Of a DNA stretch of 64,000 nucleotides, positions 1 through 14,522 are shown in pieces (the first letter of the stretch is position 1; every line of letters begins with the position of its first letter). The stretch comes from Mytilus edulis (lineage: Eukaryota): positions 9,734,001-9,798,000 of the forward strand of contig NC_092346.1 of the NCBI RefSeq assembly GCF_963676685.1, given 5' to 3'. The notes beneath the pieces are model-generated. The model made no database searches and was not told where the DNA came from. It saw only the letters and a program-made list of their open reading frames with translations. The translations under genes and the position numbers were made by a program.

Positions 1-561
1 GCAGACTAGATTTTTTTAGTGGTTGAAGACTATAAACCCTAGTTTTCACACACAAAAAAATATAATTTTTCGAAGATATGCATTTTCATCATCCAACTTG
101 AAAGACTGTCGTCAAGTACTTTTAGTAAAAAAATAGCTATTCGAACACACCTACTCTGTTTTTGTGATTCATTAGATAGGTATTTCACTTAACCCATATA
201 TTTCATCTTTTAGTACTGTGATTTTTTTTATGTTATAAAGTCAACCTGTAGCTTTGATATATAAAAATGATAGAATCTAAAGCGAGACGATGTATGAAAT
301 ATTCTTGCTTTGTAGGATATCAAGACAAAATATTCAACTCAAACACGCTCTAACATAAAAAGGTGCACTCGATTTTCTCTTTTCGATACAATTGTTACCC
401 ATTTTTTGGAATTTTTTCTTGAGTCACATAATGGAAGGGCAGACACGAAAATTACTGAACTAATAGATTGATATGTTTTCCGTCCGTGGTAAAATTTTTA
501 AAAAAATCGGAGGTTATGCATTTTCTACATCCAACTTGAAAGATACCCATGTCGTCGACTT
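1..561 (+). repeat. Dispersed repeat with an inverted copy at ~50168-50715
   Basis: e.g. GAGTCACATAATGGAAGGGCAGACACGAAAATTACTGAAC (421-460) is the reverse complement of ~50270-50309. Confidence 0.85.
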
Positions 562-1389
562 AATATCTAATTGTTCTGCTTAACTATGTACTAAATAAAT
601 TGAAAACTTATCCAAATGGTGTTTTCAAAATAAAACACTTCGTAATTGAGAAGAAAATTGTAATTTTGTTTGTTTCTATTAACTTTTAAAATTTTTGTTA
701 CTATAGTAAACATTACAGTAAGCATTTATCGCCTTCTCTAACAAAGAGCTTCGATTTTTTTGTTCTATTTCAACCTGGTTTCCGACTATTACCCAAAACA
801 TAAAACTTAAAAAAAAAAAAATCAAAACTATCGTCACAAAAAGTAAAATCACAAAAATACTGAACAAACGTAAGTTCCATCAATTGTGTCGTTTGCATAA
901 CAGTCAATGTCCCATAAAAAAAACGAATCCTTGTTAACAATAAACATAATATATTTTGGATATTTATTCTGTTGGGCATGGTTATCTATGCCGATCTTAG
1001 ATTTAAGATATTTTATTTCTTCCTTGGAAACATTCTTACTTTTAGAAAGGTAATTAAATCAATCAAAAAATCAAAGCAATAAAGCAACCAAACTAAATTG
1101 GATTAAATCCAGAATTTGATAGAGCATCATTTTATTAATTAACCTGACTTTAAAGTGAGATCTGAAATGTGTTACATATGACTTCAAAATAAAGAACAAA
1201 AAAGACATTGCTACTTATCTTCGGTTCAAATGTTTATTTAATGGACGTGCATGTGCAAGGAATTTGTGTCGTAACGATTGAATTAAACGTGTATTCTCTT
1301 CCATAAAAAAAACAAAATCAAAGTTCGCAATCTACGGAACAAATGAAAAACAACTGTAATTTTCCCGACTTAATACAGGCATTTTCCGA

Positions 1390-3390
1390 AGAAAATGTTA
1401 GTTTTAACCAAATCATCACCCTAACAAACGGTATGCCAATTAAAAAAAAGGCCACCACTAAACAACAGTACAACCAAATACAAGCCCTAACCATCAATAC
1501 ATTTATATACCAAATACAGAATGATTCCTTACCCATTACACCAATCTATTAGGTGCATCACTCCATACCTTAGCATTTAACCAATCAACCTCATTTACAA
1601 TCAGTTACCAAATGTATCACAATTCCTAACCAATACTTTACCAATCAATCAAATACATCAACCTTATCAACAATTCACCAATCAACATAGTAAACAATCT
1701 GTAACGAAATACATTCACCTTATTTTTAATAGTTTACCGGTGTAACCAATTTAAAGCACTATCCTAAACCAACAATTTATCAATCAACCGAAAACAAAAC
1801 CACTTTATAACAGTACACGTAATGTACCATGTGTTACCAAAGACATCACCACCAATTCATAAAAACTACTCTCACGTACCGTCTGTGAACAAATACATCA
1901 TAATCACTAACTAACAATACATCAAATAAATACAGAACCATCATTAAACAGTACACCGTGTGATAAACCAAATACTTCTACCCTTACCAACAGAACAACC
2001 AGGTGCTCCGCAGGGCGCAGCTTTATACGACCCCAGTGGTCGAACATTGAACAGTTGGGGCAAATTTGGTCACAATATTCAAGCTTAATACTGTCTGAAT
2101 TTGGATTGTGATAAAATTTTTGAGTTAATATAGGTTTTTGTAACAAAATTTATGTGGTCAAAGATCTAACAAATCTATTGCACAATACTGTGCAATTGAA
2201 ATTTTCAAAATTCGAAATTTGAAAAAAAAATTGAAAAAAAGGAACCCTTAAAATAATGGTAAACAATAGATTCCCTCCCAACTTTTTGAAACCCCCTTGG
2301 AGCAATAACCCTGAAATTCTATCCCATGCTGACCTTTGTAGTATTGAACCTTGTAGTACAATTTCAGAGAGATCCATACACTTAAACACAAGTTATTGTC
2401 ATGACTGTTTGGAAACTAGAAACATGCTTCTTTTTGGCTCTTTTTTTGGCCCCTTATTCCTACATATTTCGGGCAATTAACCCAAAACTTAATCCCAGCC
2501 TCCACTTTTTTATATGGTACATTGTTGTACAATTTCAGAGAGATCCATACAATTACACACAAGTTATTGTCTTGAAATTAGAAAAATGCTTGTTTTGGCC
2601 CTTTTTTTGGCCCTCAATTCCTTAACTTTGGCCCCACAACCCCTTAAAAATGAATCCAAACATTCTACTTGTGGTTTTAAACACTGCGGTATAATTTCAG
2701 AGCAATTGAAATACACAAGTTATTATCCTGAAACTAGAAAAATGCTTGTTTTGGGCCCCTTTTGGCCCCTGATTCCTTAACGGTTGGGACCATCATCCCC
2801 AAAATCAATCCCAACCTTCCTTTTGTGGTATTGAACCTTCTGAAAAAGTTTCATAAAGATCTATTCACTTAAACTGAAGTTATTATCCGGAAACCGATGT
2901 GTATTCGGACGACATCATACCATTATACAATCCCAAAATTTTTTTGGGGTCGTATAACAATCACTCTAATTTGCCATGTGTAATCAAATACATCAAATGC
3001 ACTACATGTATCGCTAATCAACAATACGTCAATCAACCAAATACAACACTCCTTATAAATAGATCATCACAATATATCACTATCACTAACCAACAGTACA
3101 CAAAACCACCAAATTCACCACCATTTCGAATTTAAACAGTACACAGCAGTTCACCCCTCAATATAATTTACCATATACAATTTTTAACCAAATACATCTA
3201 CATGAAAAATAAGCAACAGTCATTATAAGATATGACATCAATTAACCAGTAAACATTTCATAACCAACAGATCGCCAATCCACCAAATATATGTATCTCC
3301 TTTTTTCTTCCTTTCTTACAGTACATAAATCAACCAAATATATCCCCTTACCAACAGTACACCAATCAATTAAATACATATCCCATCACT
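1390..3390. repeat. Degenerate C/A-rich minisatellite (~35-40-bp unit), split by the 1997-2957 element
   Basis: Recurring ACCAATCAACCAAATACATCA and AACAGTACAC motifs on both sides of the insertion. Confidence 0.65.
1997..2957 (-). mobile_element. Helentron/HINE-like non-autonomous element with internal degenerate repeats
   Basis: Subterminal TTATACGACC (~2024) inverted against terminal GGTCGTATAA (2948-2957). End AACCAGGTGCTCCGCAGGGCGCAGC shared with the element at 23605. Confidence 0.75.
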
Positions 3391-5845
3391 AAAATCTGAA
3401 GGTTTTGATATTTATATATTTCCACATCTATAAGGGTACTCCGTCATATTCATCAAACTATATGAAGATTTTGATTCTTGCACTTGTCCTTAGTTTGGCA
3501 ATCGACCAATGCTTCCTTGTTTTCTTTACTTATGAACATAACTTGCAAGTTTTATGATATATCAGTCAGGTCAAGTCTTGATTCATCATCATTCAGATTA
3601 AAAATGATTGATTGATGTTAAATGCCACTTTCAGTATATAAACTAATCATAGATATCAGGACTGAGTGCTATTGTGGCTTTTCATGGGGGTCAGTTTTTG
3701 TTGGTTGGAGGAAAACTGAGTGTCCAGAGAGAACCACCAACCTTTGGTAAGAAAATTTACAATTCTAGTCAATAAAGATTGCAGGGGAGCACACCTGCAA
3801 AATGCTAATGCTAGTTTCGAAATTCATGTTATCAGTGTAATCGGGCTAATGATATAGTAGTTCAAAGGTTAAAAATGAAAAATTCACTTAAGCTCTGGTG
3901 TATATATGTCCTCTTCAGTGGATAGTTGTCTCATTGGCAATCATACAACATCTCCTTATTTTTATATGCACTGCTTCTATAGTACTAAGTATAGCTACCT
4001 TCTAATTTCAGTGCAGTAAAAATATGCATGTGTAAGAAAGGAATTGGGTATTAAATGTTTAAGCTAAATCCGTTTTGGGATTCTTTTTTTTTATGAAATG
4101 CCAAAGGAGATTACATGAAAACCACTTTCAGAGTCTTACAAAGACCAATGACAAATACATGCAGTATATAGAAGTGATTAAGCATTAAACATATTTTACT
4201 ATGCAAAAACTATAATAATAACTATGATACATATACTAGTCTTTAATATTGCTTTAATGTTTATTTTGTTCATTTGCTTTCAATAAGTCTTGAGTACATT
4301 AAAGTGGCTAACAAAGTTGATAAAGACAAATAAGCACAAATGCACAATAAAACCCTAAAGAGTTACAACAAGTTGAACACATTGTGTTATGCTAAAACAC
4401 TTGTTATTCAAAGAATTGCAAACATGAGGGAAGTCTGACAGAACTGAAAAGCATTCACATCACAACTCATGACTGTCAATAGCTGACAAAATATAATCCC
4501 TCCATGAAGTAGTACCTGAGAAATGTGTGATGATAAATATTTATTGAATGAACAGATGGACTGGGTAAATGCAATATAGGGGTCAATTCAGTAAAAGATC
4601 TCCCATGGACTTCAAATCAAACCTTTTCCTTAAATCAATTTTATATTTGTTCTACGTGTATAAATCAGGATCTTTCATACAGTGTTAATCATTCATTAAA
4701 GTACATATGTAGACTAATAATGTAGTCCCATCTTTTGAGCATATTGTACATCTCAGATTTATAAGTAACTTCCCCATATTATTTTATCTTTTTGAGAATG
4801 TTTCCATAGCTTGAAAAAGCTTATATTTTCTTACAATTTCTTTTTTTTAATGTTGTGCCATAAACAGAAATAATAGCTATAAAATCACCAAATTAAGAAG
4901 ATGTGTGTTGTGGCAATATTTGTCACTTCAATTGTAATAGAAATGAAAATATGAACAGATTGTCTAATATTGTATTACAGATAGCTACAAGCAATAACTA
5001 AAGCCAACAAATTTAATCAAAAGTTTATGCATATATATATGATGTTTTAAGTTTGTTCGCTTGTCGTGTTTTGGAACTTTTCTATTTATAAATCTTTTAC
5101 ATGTATAATTATAAGCCATCTGTGAAAGTATTATAAAATCTTTGTTATTTTTTAATAGTTTTTGAGAACTCAAACTTGTCAATGAAAAATCAAGAGGAAC
5201 ATTTTCATGCCAAAATTCCAATGGCTAATATCTCAAAACAAGCACATTGACAGACCTATATTTTTGTTTTGCTCTTCTGGTTCCTTTAATACTCCCTTAT
5301 CAATATATACCAGTGTTATGAAAAGCTTGTTATTTTGAAACTGAGTAGCCAATCTCCTTTAAAAAAAAACCCTTAAAATAAGAATCTCTTTACTAAATAT
5401 AAACTCAACAACAATCAAAGAATTTCATGGACTATAAAAATAAGCAAATACATTGAAATAAAAATATCACATATTCACATAAATACAATAAGTAGAAAAA
5501 TACTATTATGCTCAGTATAACTGAGAGAACGTATGTGTTTTAAACACAGTCGTTAAATAAGAAAAAAGACAGAGAGACAAGGTGCAGTGTCATTTTTTCC
5601 ATGTTTAAAAATAGTTATCAACCACTTTTGCATTTAATGTACCACATGCATGTCACAATGTACACCACTACAGTTTGTTCAGGTATTACACATCTTGAAA
5701 TATTGAATAAATAAATTATAGAAATGGATACAACATATAAACATGGCAATTCCAATCTGAACACATCCTATAAAGACAATTTAATTGTTCAGCTGTGGGA
5801 CAAATATATAAGTAGATAAATCTTTGATCTTTGACTGTATCTGCT

Positions 5846-8800
5846 TTAGTTGGACACCAAAACATATATCATACTGAAAAAGAAAACAAAGATGTTAATT
5901 TTTTATTATTATTTTTTTTCATAAGATATGTTTGATAAATGAAATCATGTACTGGTAGATCAAGTAAGACAAGTTATTTTAGTAGGCACTTCTATCAAAA
6001 TTTGATGAGTCTTGATTACATGTACCTTACAAAAGAAGCCTGAATTTTTTTCTTTCAATTTTAGCATTACATATAGTGGCAGCTGAGGGTGAAACAAACA
6101 ATTCTTTTTTCTTAGAATCAAAAACAAATTATTTTTTTCTCCAAAAACTGGAAACAAACTTTTTTTTCCAAAAAAACCATAGCCCCCCCCCCCCCCCCCC
6201 CCCCACCCAGAAGATCAAATGGTTGCTGCCTTATGGAAACAATATAAAAAAAAATATTATGGTAAATAAAAAAGTTTCCTTTAAAAAAAGATGTGCTGAG
6301 AAAACATAAACTCCCCTGCCTAAGAATGACAAAAGTTTTCAATGATTCCAGAAAAAGAAACCAAAGCACTAAAAAATCTGTTTATCACCATTTCCACAGG
6401 TACATATCAGTCGACTGGCAAAAATCTCAAATGCTGTTTGTCAGTAACTTCGACATATATTCCCAGTGAAAACAATTTAAAAAAACGTTTAATAAAAAAT
6501 AAATCAAAATTAAACTACATGGGGGGTCATCCGGATATTCCCACTCAGGGGCACCCAAAGGGTATCCTGTCCACAAGTACCTGTGACCATTTCACATTTT
6601 GGAACCAAAAATTTAGCTCTTTATCTATAGACATGAGTCTGTACTGTTGGGTACTAATTTCATGCCCAAGACTTGTAAATTTAATTCTGACTAGCAAGTA
6701 TTTGTTTAGGAACTAATAAAATTTTGCTGTTCAGACTAACAGTGGGAAAGCATTTTGGGGTAGACTGAGACATAACATAGAAAATGTTCAGACAAGTGTC
6801 ATTATCTAGTGTCATTGTCTTTGTTCATTGTTTGTAGCTCGCCTGATGACGTCGCATATAAAGAACACAAGTTTCTGAAAATCTTTGAAAAAGAAGGATA
6901 AAAATCATTAGAGAAACAGATTCCTACACTATAACTCATGTATTACGATATTTCTCCACTCTCGACAGTTAAATTTTAGTTATTTAAAGAGCTCTGCAAG
7001 CCTTGTGCTTTAAATAATAAAATTTAACTGTCTTGAGTGGAGAAATATCGTAATACACTTGTTGCAGTGTAGGAATCTATATTTCTAGCCTTTGTTGGTC
7101 TTGTATGATTTTTAATTTAGTTTCTTGTGTATAATTCGGAGTTTAGTATGACGTTCATTGTCACTGAACTAGTATACATATTTGTTAAGTGGCAAGCTAA
7201 AGGCATCCTCAGGGTGCAGGAGTTTCTCATTGCAAAGAAGACCCATTGGTGGCCTTTGGCTATTGTCTGCTCTATGGTCAGGTTGATGTCCCTTTGATAA
7301 CTTTCCCATTTCCATTCTAAATTTTATTTACATCTTATAAATGAGAATATATTAAATTAAAAAATAGAATGAAGGTAACATTGATATGAGTAACACTATA
7401 TACATAATATATCCTGTCAACTGAGTGTTGTGGCATTAAAAGTTATAAATGAAAATCTAAGCCATTCTTCAGGTATTAAATGGAGAATGTGTCCATGGGA
7501 CACAGAAAGCGTTCCTGCTTGGATATAGTTATCAAGGGACATAACTAGAGAACTGTAAAAGTGACTCCACCCTAATTCAAATTGATCTGTGTTTTGTGGT
7601 AATGAGCATTGTGTATTTATATAAACTTAAAAACATTTGGTTGAGGCAAACTACAGTTTGAGAACAGAAAAGACAGATTCACCAATTTTTTTCAGAAAAT
7701 AAAGGGCCCCAACTCAAGAATGATAATTCGAAAGTTAGGCGGTGATTAGCACCGTTTCATAATATTTTGCTGAAACATACAGACTGACAACAGCAACACT
7801 AAATGCCCACTCTGCCACAACGAGTGAATAAAAAGTAGATTATTTGAACCACAGCCATTCTTCAAGCAAAAATAGCATATATATCATTTTCCTGTTCTTA
7901 CCTATATAAGTAGTAAAAGAATGATATAAGATAAAATGCTAATTTGATCCATCCTTCCCTCTGGGCTCTACTCAGCTCATCAGCATTCATGATGGATGTA
8001 GGGTCATACAACCCAGGACAACTCATCACAGGTCTGTTCATGTACCTAGAAAAAAAAACCAGGTTTACAGGTCGCTAGTTTTTAGTTTAGCATTGTTTTG
8101 CATTTGTCACTTTGAGGCCTTTATAGCTTACAATACAGTATGGTTTTGTTCATTGTGGAATACTGTATGGAGACCTATAGCAGCTAAATATGACCTTCTT
8201 CATCATTTGGTCTCTGTTTAATTGGCAACAACTTCTTTTTTTGTGTATATATTTACAAAAGCTAGTCTGAATAGTATTCCGTGCATAAGAATTTCTGCTT
8301 ATAAAAACCATTAGATACTTTTCACTTTAAAAGTATGATACTAGTTCAATATTTTCATCCTGTTGTTAAAGTAAAAGCATGTTTATTTTTAATATTTATA
8401 TTACAAGAAATACATTTTTGAAGTACATGTATTTGGAATACATATTACTTTCATAGGCTGACCTCTAAACAAAGTAAGAAAACTAGATTTGGAATAATTT
8501 TTTTTAAATATAGATGGAAAATCTAGGTTTTTGATTTTCATATATACATGTACAGGGTTCTCACTAAGGATTTTTATTGGCTATGGCGACTGGTGAATGA
8601 TATTTGATATAATTTCAGTCTCCAAGACAAAAAAAGAGCAGTATAAATGCATTTTTGTACAAATGTATATAACTATAACTTACCTTCGAACATGATAAGC
8701 AATTAAAGGTATATTCATTATGAGTGTCCCCCATTGTTGTGCGAATACAAACAATATCGTATACAACACGTGGATTAAATACTCTGGTAGGACTAACTGT

Positions 8801-11800
8801 AATAGAAAATAAAACATTTTGATAAAAAATATAAAATTATATATATATTCAGTAAAATGTCAAACTAAAATGTTCTTATATTTTACTTTATGTTCAATTT
8901 AAGTTTATAATCTGAATAACAGACCAGTGTTACACTATGTACACATCTACATTTCAAGACAACAAGCTCAGTTAATAAATAATTGTTGGAAATCAGTGAA
9001 AATTTGAAGACATGTTAAAAAAGGCATTTATCTAATATCAATTATATGGTCATTTTTATGAATTTACTGTTTGCAAAAATATGAATTATTTGAAACCCCT
9101 TCTAAGGATTTTCTTAATATACCAGGCATAGATTACCCTAGCCATATTTGACACAACTTTATTCAAATTATGTGTCCTCAATGCTCTTCAACTTTGTACT
9201 TGTATTGCTAAATTGTACCTTTAAAAAGAGCAATAAGGAAACCATATATATATATAGCTAGTTATGTTGAATTTGAATCAGAAAAAGAGCTTCCAGGTTT
9301 TTAAATGTTGTGTTTACTTGATTCAGACACATGTACATAGATATGTACATTGTAAATAAGTGAGATTATATATCAATTACTGTGAATTCATTATTATTCG
9401 TTGTATACCAATTTTCGTGGTTTTCGTGGATACAGGTGAACCACGAATTCAAATGTTCAACGAATAACATATTTTCAATAGACGTTGATTAAGAGATTGG
9501 CAAAACAACGAAATCAAATATCCATGAAGATGAAAGTTTTCAGCAATCCACGAAAATTGATACCCACGAAAATAAATGAATCCACGGTATGTAACTTACA
9601 GGATTAAGGCTTCTACATTGATCTACAGGATTCTTGTAATCTGTTTTGAGTTCATCAAAAGCTATTATCTACAAAACAAAATTACATCTTTAAAAGTTTG
9701 ATTTAATAAAAATGTAACACGTGTTAAAGCATTAAAGTAGTGCAATGTTTATAACAGAAAGACTCAAGAGTCAGTTAAAAAAAATAAATAATATTAGATG
9801 AGTGACCTTGCATTTTATTCTAATTTTGTCAAATGGACAGTATTGGCAATGTATTACCTGGGCAGTAAAACCTAGGTTTTCTTGTTCTGGGCAATAAATT
9901 ATAATATATCGTATTTTTACGGGTGCCTAGGAAGTGCGAAACGAAATAGAAACGAAAAGAAAAAACGAAACGAAACAAAAACAAATAGGAACCAAAGAAA
10001 AGAAATGAAACGAAATAGGAATAAAATTTAAATTAAAAAAATATATTGACCAAAGAAATAGAAAAACCTTGATATTATGTAAAAATAAATGCTAATTTTA
10101 ATGATTTTCCGTATATATATATCCTTTGTATTTTTGGCGTATCATGCAGTTAATTTCAACAGCTCGTATCTCAAAAATGAAAACGGTTACCCCCTTTTTT
10201 AATTTTATTTTCTGGTGTAATTTTACAAGCAGAATTCATATGTGAAATTTTAAAAAAATCTGTTGAGTAGTTTAGTTACGTACACTTCGCATTAAGCCGA
10301 TTATATTTATAAATATTATTTATTGTCTAGTTTGGTACAATTTCTTTAAAAATAGAGAAAAAAACCTGTGAAATTCAGCGTAATCGTTAACAAGCCGTGG
10401 TTTAGGAACGACTTAAACATAATATATAATATTTGATTATGAACTCTACTCTATATGTTATACTAGACAGACACGTTTAGGCACGGACCATATGACTTTA
10501 TTGGGGGGGGGGATTGAAAAAAGATAATCTTGCCCACATTTTTCCAATAAAAAAAAATTAGTATTTTAAGTTTTGAAGTGCCGGTAACAATCAAAGTAAA
10601 TCAGTATAATTTCAATCAACGAAGTATTTTTAAAATCAATAGCAAATAATTTCAAAAGATATGTATAAAGACAATAAGGCACATACACTAGTAATACAAT
10701 ATTGTATATGGCTTAGTACATGTACTTTATGATCTTTTTAAGTTTTGTTTTTAAATAGATAAAAAAAAAATGAAGTGATCCGTAATTTGATTTCGTTTCT
10801 TTTCTTTTTGTTGGTTCCTATTTGGTTTGTTTTATGTTCACTTCGTTTCTTTTCTTTTCGTTTTGTTTCTTTTCGTTTTGTTTCTTTTCATTTCTATTTC
10901 GTTTCGCACTTTATAGGCACCCTATTTTTACAAAGATATGTGACATACTGATACAAATGTTTTGTAGTGTCATGGTCTTATCACTACATCTATACATTTT
11001 TTATGGTAAATATACAAGTTTGCTGATAAAGATTGAGAGTCATTTTCAGCATGTTCAGAGGATAAAGCTCAATTTCTCAAAGTATTTTTAAATGCACAGT
11101 TTTGGATACCTGGATTATTTCCTAGCTACATTCATGTGACATTAATGATATTTGAGCTTGAGTTACTCCGATGTACATGAGTACATGTAATGTATGACTA
11201 AAATAAATGCATTATGCTGTACAGTCATGTTGTCATGTAAAACTGGCAGCAGGTACAATGTATTGGGTTGAAAATTTTGAAACAACCTGCACTTGTGTTC
11301 ATTCAAGCCAATCAAGGTCAATTACTATAAAAATAGGACAGAAAGTTTTTGGAATGTTTCAGGTTTCACTATTAAAGTGAAAAACATCATCTCTAATACG
11401 GCAGTTCCGGGATATGGTTTGTGGTTGAAACTGTCATGAGACTTCCATCAACAAGCGACCAAAATATAGGCATCGTCATTTCCAACACAATTGAGCAAAC
11501 AGGTGAAAAAGTTTGATTTGATACTGCACAAAATATTTGTGAAAACAAAATCTAATAAGACAATGTAAGATGGTCACCCTCCCTCAGTTTTACAGGAATC
11601 AAGATTACGTACTACTACAAATGTAACTACAGAACATAATTTTTTTCTATACTACACTACAGAATGACAATTATGAAAGGGGTGGAAGCTTTAAACAGGT
11701 TGGGAACAAACCCCCTGGATGGTGATTATACCTGTATAGAGGGATAATCCTTCTTTAGACATGTTAGAGGGATAAAATTATCCCTCTATAGAGGGGTATT

Positions 11801-12983
11801 TTCGTTTGCACTGGATTTAAAGCATATTAGGGCAGAATGGCATTTTCTAGTTATATTGGCTATAATCTCTAGCATTATATGCATCAACATATGCACTTTA
11901 CTAAAAATTGGGATAACCAGTTTTCTGCTAAAGTGACAAAACTTGCAATCTATTGTATACCTATCTGAACACCTGATCAACAACAAAAGGAATAGTTGAC
12001 CTTTAAATTTCATGTTAAATCTAACAATAGAAATTCTGTTCAGTGAGGCATAAGTGAGTAGAATTTACCTGATCATCACAGCTTTCAATCATGGTGAACA
12101 ATAGATTTTATATTTAGTCAGATAAGCATCAAACTGGGCATGTGCATATTAAATTAAGTACATCAATTGGTGCATCAACTGTTCCAGGTTACTGCCATAA
12201 TAAGTAGAGAATGCCATTCTGCCCTATTTTGATTTAAATCCAGTCTAAACAAAAATACCCCTCTATAGAGGGATAAATTTACCCCTCTATAGAAGGATTA
12301 TCCCTCTATACAGGTATAATCACCATATAGAGGGTTTGTTCCCAACCTGTTAAATAGGGCAGGGATACAGGCATGCCTTCTATTTGGTAAATGACGAACT
12401 TTTCCATAGTTCGAGAATACTCTGACGTCTAGTGGCTGTTTTGCCAGACAAGCTGGGGCTGAGTAATCTCAACTATCTTTTTCGGTGAAAGACATGAATC
12501 CAGAAATGACGTATGACCACTATTGACAGTTTAAAAAATAAATTTTCGTTGACCAAAAACTAGCTATAAATATATACTATTCTACATAATAACTAAAGTA
12601 AACATCAGTATCATCATATACATGTATAGATGGTTCTCTAAAACTGAGGATAAATGAGCACCAGGACATTTAAGAAACTTCTGAAAAGACATGAACGAAA
12701 TGGTGTTGAATTGTCGTTTGGTAATTGTTCCGAAAATTATGACTTGGTGCCCAAGTGATAGCTGATTAGATTCTTGTTAACCATTGTTAACCATTATCAT
12801 GGTTATACACACCAAGAATATAAATAATTTATTTATGAGGAGCGAACGTAAATGTTCTAATTGTATACAAAGCGATTATCTTAGAAACCTGATTAAACGT
12901 ACATGAAATATTGCAAAAAATATAAGAACTGCTGATAAGATCAGAGCAAATATGTAACAAAATGCAGCAAATGTGAATGCCAT
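5846..12983 (-). CDS. CNIH1: Protein cornichon homolog (ER cargo receptor), 5 coding exons, 144 aa
   Basis: Exons 12903-12983 (MAFTFAAFCYIFALILSAVLIFFAIFH), 9600-9668 (IIAFDELKTDYKNPVDQCRSLNP), 8684-8796 (LVLPEYLIHVLYTILF...), 7902-8045 (YMNRPVMSCPGLYDPTSIMNADEL...), 5846-5873 (MIYVLVSN*). All introns GT-AG; total 435 nt in frame; recognisable cornichon sequence. Missed by the ORF track. Confidence 0.96.
6909..7087. mobile_element. Imperfect palindromic (foldback) MITE
   Basis: AGATTCCTACACT...GTATTACGATATTTCTCCACTC mirrored by GAGTGGAGAAATATCGTAATAC...AGTGTAGGAATCT. Confidence 0.75.
9378..9589. mobile_element. ~200-bp MITE family (TACTGTGGATTCATT termini, TA-flanked)
   Basis: Copies at 9378-9589, 21172-21371, 23408-25716 (interrupted), ~43503-43651 and ~44030-44241. 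Confidence 0.75.
9921..10922. mobile_element. MULE-like non-autonomous element, 9-bp TSD
   Basis: TIR GGGTGCCTA..AAGTGCGAAACGAAATAGAAA with subterminal GAAAC repeats; TATTTTTAC at 9912-9920 and 10923-10931. Confidence 0.85.
11696..12349. mobile_element. Foldback MITE with ~150-170-bp imperfect TIRs, 5-bp TSD TTAAA
   Basis: CAGGTTGGGAACAAACCC... versus ...GGGTTTGTTCCCAACCTG; TTAAA at 11691-11695 and 12350-12354. Confidence 0.85.
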
Positions 12984-13183
12984 TGCAATTTTTTTTCCTC
13001 GCCTACAATTTTTTAAACGGAAGTTTATGTATGGTAGGAAATAACCGGCTCTTTCAGGGGTAGATATGATGTTCCGGACGTGAGATATTTGTGGTGGATT
13101 ACTGCCAGGCCAAAAAGACTAGAAAAGGGTCATAATTAGCTAGTTAACAATAATTTTAACTTAAGACAAATTTAAATATTTTC

Positions 13184-13351
13184 NNNNNNNNNNNNNNNNN
13201 NNNNNNNNNNNNNNNNNNNNNNNNNNNNNNNNNNNNNNNNNNNNNNNNNNNNNNNNNNNNNNNNNNNNNNNNNNNNNNNNNNNNNNNNNNNNNNNNNNNN
13301 NNNNNNNNNNNNNNNNNNNNNNNNNNNNNNNNNNNNNNNNNNNNNNNNNNN
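13184..13351. other. Assembly gap (168 N)
   Basis: Run of n. Confidence 1.
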
Positions 13352-14021
13352 ATTCTCACAGCGAACCCTGTTAGTGTTAAAGTAAATGCGAGTAATTTTT
13401 CAGTTTTTTTTAATGAATCATTTATAAACGATTGATTTTTCAAAAATGTGATATTTTTTTCGAAGTTCGTTTAGAAACCATCATAAATGGGTTGGATATA
13501 CATATGTGTTCTATTGGTGGCCTTCGGCTGTTGTCTGTTAATTTTCGCTTTGACACATTCCCCATTTCCATTCTCAATTTTATGATCGTTAATTAAGATA
13601 AATTTTGTGTATCGGATTCAGTAATTGCGTATGTTTTAATTTATAACTTTATTTTCTTGTATGAAGGGTTAAACCTGGGACCTAAAGATAAGAATACTCC
13701 AAGAAAAAAAGAGAGTCACGGAATCAGACAGGAAGTTTTCAGAAAATTAAACAATAAAGCTTGCAAACAGTGATTTACCTTTCGGTTTGTTATACTATTA
13801 AGTAATAGAACTGCTTACTTCGCTGCCGGTGACCATTCTGTTGTGAGAGATCTTCATGATTATGGTTAAGGCGTTTAAAATCCTTGGAAAGATCAGTATA
13901 ATGGCTGTATATATGATGAAAGACTTTTCGGGCTTGCTATATTCGATGCCCATATATATGAAGAATTGTCTTGAAAAATTGATAGGAAAATACTAGAAGC
14001 CATTTGAATTTTAATAGTTAT

Positions 14022-14128
14022 CAATCTAATTAAAAACCGATCTCTCATCGCTCCTGTTTCTGATATGTCGCGTGGGACGCGACATATCAGAAACAGGAGC
14101 GATGAGAGATCGGTTTTTAATTAGATTG
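14022..14128. mobile_element. Perfect hairpin mini-element (51-bp arms, 5-nt loop) with 9-bp TSD
   Basis: Arms 14022-14072 and 14078-14128 are exact reverse complements; AATAGTTAT at 14013-14021 and 14129-14137. Confidence 0.9.
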
Positions 14129-14374
14129 AATAGTTATGATCACTGAAGATCTCAAGTTGACCAAGATGTTTTGTTTAATAGAAACTTATTTCTAGATTGA
14201 CAAATTCAATCGACGGTTTTGTTATACGGTAACTATATTTGTTGTTTTAAGAAAAAGTTAGAAACACATAATTTCGGATATTTCATCGTTTCCCTGAGTG
14301 TCCTGTCTGGAAAACTCAACTTCGGAAAGTTTATAATTTTTAAAAACGAAAAATTCGAACTCCTTGGCGTTCAT

Positions 14375-14522
14375 GATTTTGCCGGAGCCAATAAAACAGC
14401 GATTAATATAGAGTTTTGCTATTTTGCCGGAGCTGGTAAAATATCGATTTAATATAAAGTTTTGCTATTTTGCCGGGGTCGGTACAATAGCGATTTATAT
14501 ACAGTTTTGCTATTTTGCCGGT
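14375..14522. repeat. ~40-bp tandem repeat, 3-4 copies
   Basis: GTTTTGCTATTTTGCCGG recurring at ~14412, 14459 and 14503. Confidence 0.7.

Noticed and set aside
7838-7901. In-frame MIYML resembling the cornichon last exon right after the exon-4 donor
   Set aside because: Would need a 10-nt intron; a proper terminal exon exists at 5846-5873.
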